Origin: Bacteroidota bacterium
GTDB taxonomy: Bacteria; Bacteroidota; Bacteroidia; AKYH767-A; 2013-40CM-41-45
Direction of reading: 5' to 3'
Assembly (NCBI GenBank): GCA_043742705.1
Contig: JAYTXY010000056.1
Location: 1-55,137, forward strand
Length of the DNA stretch: 55,137 nt
Under the pieces are notes generated by a model. That model was not told the origin of the DNA and searched no databases. It was given only the letters and a program-made list of their open reading frames with translations. This document shows, piece after piece, positions 46,195-53,781 of the stretch. The translations under genes were made by a program, and so were the position numbers. Each line of letters begins with the position of its first letter. The first letter of the stretch is position 1.

Positions 46195-46758
46195 ATGAAA
46201 AAACTGTCGATTGCATTTCTACTTCTTTCTGTTGTAACAATCCGCGTGAATGCACAAAAGCAACCCGCTGCTGTTGTTCAACTGCATATTGATTCCATCA
46301 CAAAGCTAATTACATATGAAGGCGTGACGGAAGTTGGCAACATAAAAGCAGATGTTCTTTACAAGCGGGCATTGAGTTGGTTCAACACTTTTTATAAAAA
46401 CCCGACAGAAGTCATTCGCGAAAACGATGAGTTGAAATTTAAGATTGTCGGAAAACCGCGTTTTAAAATCTATAATACTCCGGATAAAGATGGTTCGAAA
46501 TCAGATGCCGGACTGATTCAATACACAATTACCGTTGCTGCAAAAGATGGTCGCTTCAAATACGAGATTACGGAGTTTAACCTGAAACAAACATCCTATT
46601 TTCCCTGCGAGCGATGGATGGATGTGAAGACACAAACGTCACTTCCGGCTTATACCGGTTATCTCCAACAGCTCAACCAGTACACACTGGAACTTATCAG
46701 AGATCTGAAAAAAGCTGTAATGAATGAGAAGCCTGTAAAGGATAAAGACAGTTGGTAA
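46195..46758 (+). CDS. DUF4468-like secreted protein
   Basis: 187 aa with a signal peptide. The pattern ...KRALSWFNTFYKNPTEVIRENDELKFKIVGKPRF... resembles DUF4468. The family name is recalled from memory, not verified. Confidence 0.6.
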   Translation: MKKLSIAFLLLSVVTIRVNAQKQPAAVVQLHIDSITKLITYEGVTEVGNIKADVLYKRALSWFNTFYKNPTEVIRENDELKFKIVGKPRFKIYNTPDKDGSKSDAGLIQYTITVAAKDGRFKYEITEFNLKQTSYFPCERWMDVKTQTSLPAYTGYLQQLNQYTLELIRDLKKAVMNEKPVKDKDSW

Positions 46759-46779
46759 AAAAGCATCTAAAACTGCAAA

Positions 46780-46808
46780 GTCTGTGACAAAATCACAGGC
46801 TTTTTTTA
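46780..46808 (+). terminator. Rho-independent terminator after the DUF4468-like gene
   Basis: gtctgtga caaaa tcacaggc is an 8-bp stem with one G-U pair, followed by ttttttta. Confidence 0.75.
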
Positions 46809-46838
46809 TTTGATTACTTTTACAAAAAAATTCTTCCC

Positions 46839-47732
46839 ATGGATGCTTCTTCTACCTTAAGTTTTTCGCCGGTGATTATCGGTGTGATCGTGTTGTTCTT
46901 TCTTGGTGTCCGAATTGTTCGTCCTACTCACCGCGGATTAATCGAACGACTTGGAAAATACCATCACTTTGCGGTTCCTGGATTTCACTGGATTATTCCT
47001 TTTATCGATCGCATGTACCAGATTAATACAACAGAACAAATGATCAATGCCGAATCGCAGGAGATCATCACGTTCGACAACCTGAACGCGCGTGTGGATG
47101 CACAGGTTTATTTCAAAATTAAAATTGACGAAGACAGTGTTAAGAATTCACAATACAACGTCAACAACATTTCTTACCAGATCGTGAATCTTGCGCGAAC
47201 CACGTTAAGAAATATCATTGGTACGATGACGCTTAAATCTGCAAACAGCGAGCGTGGAAAAATCAACAAGAGTTTGTACGCAACCTTGCTGGAAGAAACG
47301 CATGATTGGGGAATTGAAATTGTACGGACAGAGTTGAAAGAAATTGATCCTCCAAAAGATGTTCAGGAAACGATGAATAAAATCGTGAAAGCGGAAAATG
47401 AAAAAATGGCTGCCATCGATTTTGCAACTGCCGTTGAAACCCGTGCTGATGGCGAGAAACGTGCAGAGATAAAAAAAGCGGAAGGAATCAAGATTGCAAA
47501 TATTTTACGTGCCGAAGGTGAAGCGCAGGCAATTGCATTGGTAAATGAAGCTGCAGAAAAATATTTTGTCGGTAATGCACAAACACTTCGCAAACTGGAA
47601 GCGTTGGAAAAAGCGCTTTCAAACAATTCAAAGATTATTGTTCCGTCCGACAAAGAACTGATTAATGTGATTGGTGAAATGGCGGGAGTTCTTCCGATGC
47701 CTCGAAGAAAAGAAGATGGCGGACAATCGTAA
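46839..47732 (+). CDS. SPFH/Band 7 (stomatin/prohibitin-like) protein
   Basis: An N-terminal TM segment, an SPFH core (VDAQVYFKI..., WGIEIVRTELKEIDPP) and a coiled-coil tail rich in A/E/K. Confidence 0.88.
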   Translation: MDASSTLSFSPVIIGVIVLFFLGVRIVRPTHRGLIERLGKYHHFAVPGFHWIIPFIDRMYQINTTEQMINAESQEIITFDNLNARVDAQVYFKIKIDEDSVKNSQYNVNNISYQIVNLARTTLRNIIGTMTLKSANSERGKINKSLYATLLEETHDWGIEIVRTELKEIDPPKDVQETMNKIVKAENEKMAAIDFATAVETRADGEKRAEIKKAEGIKIANILRAEGEAQAIALVNEAAEKYFVGNAQTLRKLEALEKALSNNSKIIVPSDKELINVIGEMAGVLPMPRRKEDGGQS

Positions 47733-47757
47733 GCATTAAAAAATGAATTCTAAAAGC

Positions 47758-47788
47758 GCAGGAAAAACTTCCTGCACTTTTTTATTTT
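47758..47788 (+). terminator. Rho-independent terminator after the SPFH gene, overlapping the ispD stop
   Basis: gcaggaa aaac ttcctgc followed by acttttttatttt. Confidence 0.75.
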
Positions 47789-48462
47789 CGGGGAAAATAT
47801 TTTTGGAGAATTAATTCTCCCGTGATCATGTCGAATGGATAAGTGATTTTAATATTCTCACGTTCTCCTTCAACAAGGTGTATTTTTTTTCCGGAATGCT
47901 CCACTACACTTGCATCATCTGTAAAAGTTGTTTGATACGTTAGTTCATACGCAGCCTTCAGAATTTCCGAATCGAAACATTGCGGAGTTTGAACAATTAC
48001 AAATGAAGAACGGTCTGCTATTGAATTCTTATCTCCTTCTGTTTTTCGGATGGAATCATTCAATGAAATTGCGGGAACAGCGCTTCCGTTTTTCTCAGCT
48101 TCTGTAAAGCATTTATTGATTAAAGCAGGACTTGCAAAAGGTCTGACTCCGTCATGAATTGCAACAATGGATTTTTCTTTAACAAAAGCTAATCCATTCT
48201 TCACAGAATGAAAACGCGTTTCTCCACCTTCAACAACAGTATGAGCAATTGAAAAGGAATATTTTTCACACAACGCTTTCCATCCATCGATTTCATTCTT
48301 CGGAAGAACAACAATGATCTCGATGGAAGCATCCGCTTCAGCAAAGCGCTGAGTGGTATGCATCAGGATTGGCTTTCCACCAAGCAAAACAAACTGCTTA
48401 GGAATGCCGGCATTCATCCTGTTTCCGCTTCCACCTGCAACGATGATGACACTTTGTTCCAT
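47782..48462 (-). CDS. ispD: 2-C-methyl-D-erythritol 4-phosphate cytidylyltransferase
   Basis: 226 aa. Contains IIVAGGSGNRM and IHDGVRPF motifs. Confidence 0.9.
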   Translation of the reverse strand: MEQSVIIVAGGSGNRMNAGIPKQFVLLGGKPILMHTTQRFAEADASIEIIVVLPKNEIDGWKALCEKYSFSIAHTVVEGGETRFHSVKNGLAFVKEKSIVAIHDGVRPFASPALINKCFTEAEKNGSAVPAISLNDSIRKTEGDKNSIADRSSFVIVQTPQCFDSEILKAAYELTYQTTFTDDASVVEHSGKKIHLVEGERENIKITYPFDMITGELILQKYFPRK

Positions 48463-48509
48463 TCCGGATAGTAATTTGAATCTTGACTTTATTCTCTTTT
48501 AACTTAAAT

Positions 48510-49751
48510 TTATTCGTCTGCTCTCACAGCTTGCAACGAAATCTTTTTCTCCACCAGCTTCTTTGCAGGATACCATGCTGCAAGCAATCCAATGATGGAC
48601 ACTGTGATGAAGACATAGATAAAATCAGTTGCCTGCATCTGTACAGGATACGCATCGATCACAAACGAACCGCTTCCGCTTAATTTTATCAACCCGAATT
48701 GTTGCTGAAGGAAACAAACCAATCCTCCTGTTACCAAACCGATGACTGCTCCGATAAATGTGATGAACAATCCTTCAGCGAGAAATATTTTTCGAAGCAA
48801 TTGTGTGTCTGCTCCCATGCTGTGAAGGATGGCAATGTCTTTTTGCTTTTCGATGATGAGCATGGTAAGCGAAGCGATGACATTAAAAGTAGCGATGAGT
48901 AAAATGAAGGCAAGAATAAGAAACACCGCCCATTTTTCACTCTTCATAATTTTATAAAGGATGGCATGCTGTTCATACCGGTCTTTTACATTGAACTTTT
49001 CTCCGAGTGTCTTTTTTATTTGCTGCTTTACATCCTGCACATCGGCATCCGGTTGCAATGCAATTTCAAGCGCTGACAATTGTGAGTCATATTCCAGTAT
49101 CTCTCTCGCAAAACGTAACGGGACAATCACATACTTTGTATCAAACTCCTGCTGCACGGCAAACGTTCCCGATGGTGTAATAAACCTGCGGTTAAATGCT
49201 TCTTCAGGATTTGACAACGAAGACGCGTTTCTTTTCGGTGCATAAATTTCAAGTTGGCTCATGAAATCACCGATGTTCATTTTCAGATTGTATGCAATCG
49301 CTCCACCAACAATTGCATAATCCGTATCGCCACGTTGAAGTAAAAAGCTTCCATCAGAAATCATGGAATCGAGCCCGCTTGTTTTTTGAAAATCATCGCT
49401 CACTCCCTTCACCGTAACAATGTATTGTTTGTCTCGGTATTTCACGAGTGCGTTTTCTTCCAACACTTCAGTTATCGCCTTCACCCCTTTCATTGACTTC
49501 AGTGAGGAAAGCGGAATTGTATTGGCATCAAATGTTTTTCCTTCATTCAGCGTAATTTTAATTCCGGGATCGAATGAGTTGTAAAGCGAAACGACCAGTT
49601 TTTCAAACCCATTGAAGACAGATAATACGATGATGAGTGCACCGGTGCCAATCATCACACCCAACACTGAGATCAGCGAAATGATGTTGATCGCACGCTG
49701 CGACTTCTTCGAAAAAAAATACCGCCTGGCAATGAAAAGGTGAAACGTCAT
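48510..49751 (-). CDS. FtsX/LolE-like ABC transporter permease
   Basis: 413 aa. One N-terminal TM segment, a large periplasmic loop, and a C-terminal FtsX 3-TM bundle (IASLTMLIIEKQKDIAILHSMGA). Confidence 0.85.
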   Translation of the reverse strand: MTFHLFIARRYFFSKKSQRAINIISLISVLGVMIGTGALIIVLSVFNGFEKLVVSLYNSFDPGIKITLNEGKTFDANTIPLSSLKSMKGVKAITEVLEENALVKYRDKQYIVTVKGVSDDFQKTSGLDSMISDGSFLLQRGDTDYAIVGGAIAYNLKMNIGDFMSQLEIYAPKRNASSLSNPEEAFNRRFITPSGTFAVQQEFDTKYVIVPLRFAREILEYDSQLSALEIALQPDADVQDVKQQIKKTLGEKFNVKDRYEQHAILYKIMKSEKWAVFLILAFILLIATFNVIASLTMLIIEKQKDIAILHSMGADTQLLRKIFLAEGLFITFIGAVIGLVTGGLVCFLQQQFGLIKLSGSGSFVIDAYPVQMQATDFIYVFITVSIIGLLAAWYPAKKLVEKKISLQAVRADE

Positions 49752-49797
49752 GAATGAATCTGAATTATTCGGAACGAATGTACGAATTGAATTTTCA

Positions 49798-49876
49798 CTC
49801 TACGAATTACGAATATATACTAATATACAAATCAGGTGCATTCGCAAATTCAAAACTGATTCACAATTCGCAAACC
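49798..49876. repeat. tacgaat-unit hairpin element, copy B (degenerate right arm)
   Basis: tctacgaattacgaat-atatactaatatac-aaatcaggtgcattcgcaaattc aligns with copy A over about 60 nt. The arms tacgaattacgaat (49801-49814) and attcacaattcgca (49859-49872) match 11/14. Confidence 0.75.
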
Positions 49877-49955
49877 GGATATCAAGAATCAAATTGAGAC
49901 ACAACCGAATGTCCGCTAACCTTTTCTATCCTTGAAAAAATTTAAAGTGCCTGAA

Positions 49956-50444
49956 TCAATACATCAATTGCATCATGTGGACATCAATGAACTTTCCAAA
50001 CTTGAATCCCACTTCTTTCATTACACCGATGTGACGGTAACCAAATTTTTCATGCAAATGAATACTGGCTTCATTTCCCTGCGCAATCCGTGAAATAACC
50101 GTATGGTTCTTTACTTTTTTTCCTTCGAGCGTTACCATTTCCAGCAGCTTTGATCCAATGCCTTGCTCACGAAAATCCTTGTGAACATATACTGACACTT
50201 CAACCGTTGTATCATAAGCACAACGGTCGCTCCACGGACTCAACGATGACCAGCCAATTACCTGTTTGTTCTCCACGGCAACAAACACAGGATGATTTTT
50301 TTTATGTTTTCTAAACCACTCCAACTGCTTTTCAAACGTTCTCAGATCTGTATCAAATGTTGCAGTCGTGTTGATCACAGCATCGTTGTATATATCGAGA
50401 ATGGCTTGCTGATCGGAATCGGTGGAGGGACGAATGTTAACCAT
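49956..50444 (-). CDS. GNAT N-acetyltransferase, phosphinothricin/methionine-sulfoximine acetyltransferase-like
   Basis: 162 aa. Contains IRPSTDSDQQAILDIYNDAVINTTATFD and REQGIGSKLL (the acetyl-CoA loop). Confidence 0.8.
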   Translation of the reverse strand: MVNIRPSTDSDQQAILDIYNDAVINTTATFDTDLRTFEKQLEWFRKHKKNHPVFVAVENKQVIGWSSLSPWSDRCAYDTTVEVSVYVHKDFREQGIGSKLLEMVTLEGKKVKNHTVISRIAQGNEASIHLHEKFGYRHIGVMKEVGFKFGKFIDVHMMQLMY

Positions 50445-50517
50445 TGAAACAATTGTTTGAATGCATATGTTAATTTAACAGTTGAATGTTTTGTAACGTC
50501 AATAAGGTGATCTGTAT

Positions 50518-50525
50518 TATATTTG
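50518..50525 (+). promoter_or_regulatory. Candidate -7 promoter box for the DUF885 gene
   Basis: TATATTTG matches TAnnTTTG, 53 nt upstream of the ATG. A TTG at 50491 is a possible -33 element. Confidence 0.4.
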
Positions 50526-50578
50526 CAATGTCACATTCGAATCAAAAGTAAAAACTTTCACTCACAATTTTTATCTGC

Positions 50579-52423
50579 ATGAAAAAAAGTAATTTATTTC
50601 TCGCTGCTATTTCAGTAACAGCAATGGTTGCCTGTCATTCTAATAAAACCCCGGGGCAAAAAAATTTCTCTGCGGAAGAAATTGCGTTGGAATCTGATCG
50701 TGTAAATGTTTTTTTTGACAGCACGTATGACGAAGCGGTAAACCGGAATCCTGAACGGCAAACATACCTGGGAATTAAAAAGGATTACGATTCATGGACG
50801 GATCGTTCTGATGAGTGGGCAGGAAAAGAAAATGAGATCACAAAAAAGGAACTTGAGCAATTGCGTAAGAGTTTCGATTTTGACAAACTTGACCAACAAA
50901 CAAAATTGAGTTACCGTTATTTTGAATACAATGCTCAGCAGGAACTCGATAATTTTAAATGGCGTTTTCACAATTACCCGGTTAACCAGATGGATGGAAT
51001 TCAATCCGGGCTTCCCGCTTTCCTCATTAACATGCATCGCGTTGACACAATTACAGACGCGCTTGCTTACATCGCTCGCCTTAACAAAGTAGGGCAGGTT
51101 TTCGAACAGGTGTTAGTTGGTTTAAAAATGCGCGACAGCATGAACATCATTCCCCCGAAGTTTGTTTTCCCGATGGTACAAAATGATTGTAAGAATGTAA
51201 TCATGGGTCAACCGTTTGATAACTCCTCTCAAAAAAGTCCGTTGTTTGATGATTTTATTTCGAAAGTCAACGACTTGAAAAATGTGGATGGAGCAACGAA
51301 GAGCAGGTTGATACAGGATGCAAAGAGTGCTTTAGTTAACGTGGTGAAACCAGCATATGAAAAACTTTCCGCTTTCCTCCGTGAAGAAGAGAAAAAATCA
51401 ACAACCGATGACGGAGCATGGAAATTTCCCAATGGTGACAAATTTTATGCGGCAGCGTTGAAGGTTACCACTACTACTGATATGACTCCTGATGAAATTT
51501 TTGAAACCGGAGAAAGGGAAGTGAAACGCATTCATGATGACATGAAGGCAATCATGAAACAGGTGAACTGGAAGAATGATAACCTGCATGAATTTTTCGA
51601 GTTCATGCGTACTGACAAACAATTTTATTTTCCCAATACTCCGGAAGGAAAAAAAGCATACAAGGACAAAGCAACTGCTATCATCGATACGATGCGCGCA
51701 AAGCTTGATCTTTTGTTTGTTACAAAACCGAAAGCGGATATCCTTGTGAAAGCCGTTGAACCCTTCCGTGAAAAATCTGCGGGCGGAGCATTTTACGAAG
51801 ACCCTTCTGAAGATGGAAAACGTCCGGGGACTTATTACATCAACCTGTACAACATGGACGATCAGCCGATTTATCAGATGGAATCACTCGCTCATCACGA
51901 AGGAATTCCCGGTCATCACATGCAGATTGCCATTGCACAGGAATTGAAAAACATTCCGAAGTTTCGTAAACATGGAGGCAACGTAGCGTACGTAGAAGGA
52001 TGGGCGCTGTATTCAGAACTTATTCCGAAAGAAATCGGTTTGTACAAAGATTCGTATTCTGATTTCGGTCGACTTGCCAATGAAGTTTTTCGCGCAGCAA
52101 GATTGGTGGTAGATGTCGGCATTCATTATAAGAAGTGGACGCGTCAGCAGGCGCTCGATTATTTTCTCACGAACACTCCGAATCCTGAGGGTGACAGCAG
52201 GAAAGAAATTGACCGTTATACAGTATGGCCTTCACAGGCTACCGGTTATAAAATCGGGATGCTTAAAATTCTTGAGTTGCGCGAGAAAGCAAAAAGAGAT
52301 CTCGGTGAAAAATTCGACCTGCGTGAATTTCATGATGTAATCCTCACCAATGGTTCGCTGCCATTAAATCTGCTTTCTGAAAATGTAAATAGCTGGATTG
52401 AGAAAAAGAAAAGAGGAAGTTGA
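50579..52423 (+). CDS. DUF885 family lipoprotein (putative metallopeptidase-like)
   Basis: Lipobox (MVACHS), HEGIPGHHMQ and YVEGWALY motifs, and a DUF885-typical length of 614 aa. Confidence 0.85.
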   Translation: MKKSNLFLAAISVTAMVACHSNKTPGQKNFSAEEIALESDRVNVFFDSTYDEAVNRNPERQTYLGIKKDYDSWTDRSDEWAGKENEITKKELEQLRKSFDFDKLDQQTKLSYRYFEYNAQQELDNFKWRFHNYPVNQMDGIQSGLPAFLINMHRVDTITDALAYIARLNKVGQVFEQVLVGLKMRDSMNIIPPKFVFPMVQNDCKNVIMGQPFDNSSQKSPLFDDFISKVNDLKNVDGATKSRLIQDAKSALVNVVKPAYEKLSAFLREEEKKSTTDDGAWKFPNGDKFYAAALKVTTTTDMTPDEIFETGEREVKRIHDDMKAIMKQVNWKNDNLHEFFEFMRTDKQFYFPNTPEGKKAYKDKATAIIDTMRAKLDLLFVTKPKADILVKAVEPFREKSAGGAFYEDPSEDGKRPGTYYINLYNMDDQPIYQMESLAHHEGIPGHHMQIAIAQELKNIPKFRKHGGNVAYVEGWALYSELIPKEIGLYKDSYSDFGRLANEVFRAARLVVDVGIHYKKWTRQQALDYFLTNTPNPEGDSRKEIDRYTVWPSQATGYKIGMLKILELREKAKRDLGEKFDLREFHDVILTNGSLPLNLLSENVNSWIEKKKRGS

Positions 52424-52441
52424 AAGTAGTATAAAAGATTG

Positions 52442-52495
52442 TTTATTGGTTCACTAGTTCATTGGTGGGAATACAAATGAACTAATGAACTAAAT
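52442..52495. repeat. Hairpin with tagttcattgg-type arms between the convergent DUF885 gene and pgk (likely a bidirectional terminator)
   Basis: tggttcactagttcattgg pairs with caaatgaactaatgaacta (about 16/19). The loop is tgggaata. Confidence 0.65.
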
Positions 52496-52497
52496 TA

Positions 52498-53709
52498 CTA
52501 CTCAACAATCGCTTTTACTCCGGGCAAAACTTTCCCTTCGAAATATTCCAGCAATGCTCCTCCACCGGTGGAAACATAACTTACTTTATCCGCCAATCCA
52601 AACTTGCTGATGGCAGCGGCAGAATCTCCTCCTCCTATTAGTGAGTAAGATCCTTTTGATGTTGCTTCCGCAATGGCTTCAGCCATTTTACGTGTTCCGT
52701 TTTCAAATTTTTTCATTTCAAAAACGCCCATCGGTCCGTTCCACAAAATAGTTTTCGAATTTTTTATCACATCACAAAATTCAGCAACGGCTTTTGGACC
52801 AAGATCCAATCCCATCCAGCCTGCTGGAATATTGTTGTTTTCTGCGACTGATGTGTTCGCTTCATTATCAAATTTATCTCCGATAATAGAATCAAACGGA
52901 AGAATAATTTCGCAATTTTTCTCCTCTGCTTTTTCTAACAGTTGTTTTGCGAGACCGAGTTTATCTTCCTCCACCAATGAATTTCCGACCTTCCCTCCCA
53001 ATGCTTTAAAGAAAGTGTAAGCCATTCCTCCGCCAATGATGATGTTGTCGGCTTTATCCAAAAGGTTTTCGATGATCAATATTTTATCAGACACTTTTGC
53101 TCCGCCCATTACAGCCGTGAACGGATGTTGTGCATTGTAAATAACCTTGTCGGCATTTGTCAATTCACTTGCCATGAGATAACCGAAGAACTTTTTTTCA
53201 GGAAAAAATTTTGCAATCACTGCCGTTGAAGCATGTGCACGATGAGCTGTTCCGAATGCATCATTCACATAAACGTCTCCATGAGCTGAAAGCTTTTTCG
53301 CAAACCCTTCGTCTCCTTTTTCTTCCTCTTTGTAAAAGCGGAGATTTTCCAATAACAAAACTTCTCCGGCTTTTAAATTGTGTGATAAATTAAATGCTTC
53401 GTCACTGATGCAGTCATTCGCAAACTTTACTTCGCGCCCAAGCAACTCTGCTGTTTTTTTAACGGTATGATTCAATGTGAATTTTTGAAAATCAACGGTA
53501 CCGTCTTCTTTCAATTTCTTCAACGGCCTTCCGAGATGGCTCATTAGTACCACACTTCCACCATCTTTTAGAATTTTGTTGATCGTTGGTAATGCACCGC
53601 GAATGCGGCTATCGTCTGTAACGTTGAATTGCTTATCAAGCGGAACGTTGAAGTCAACACGAACCAGGGCTCTGTGTCCCGAAAAATTATATTGATCGAT
53701 GGTTTTCAT
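52498..53709 (-). CDS. pgk: Phosphoglycerate kinase
   Basis: Contains [20 protein letters not shown] and [10 protein letters not shown] motifs. Confidence 0.95.
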   Translation of the reverse strand: MKTIDQYNFSGHRALVRVDFNVPLDKQFNVTDDSRIRGALPTINKILKDGGSVVLMSHLGRPLKKLKEDGTVDFQKFTLNHTVKKTAELLGREVKFANDCISDEAFNLSHNLKAGEVLLLENLRFYKEEEKGDEGFAKKLSAHGDVYVNDAFGTAHRAHASTAVIAKFFPEKKFFGYLMASELTNADKVIYNAQHPFTAVMGGAKVSDKILIIENLLDKADNIIIGGGMAYTFFKALGGKVGNSLVEEDKLGLAKQLLEKAEEKNCEIILPFDSIIGDKFDNEANTSVAENNNIPAGWMGLDLGPKAVAEFCDVIKNSKTILWNGPMGVFEMKKFENGTRKMAEAIAEATSKGSYSLIGGGDSAAAISKFGLADKVSYVSTGGGALLEYFEGKVLPGVKAIVE

Positions 53710-53779
53710 TAGTTCATTGGTTTATTAGTTCATTGGTTCATTGGTAATCTTCACCAACGAACTAATGAACTATTGAACT
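53709..53779. repeat. Hairpin of the same tagttcattgg family between the aspS stop and the pgk start
   Basis: ttagttcattggtttattagttcattggttcattggt pairs with caccaacgaactaatgaactattgaact (about 17/20 in the core). The loop is aatctt. It abuts the pgk ATG. Confidence 0.65.
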
Positions 53780-53781
53780 GA

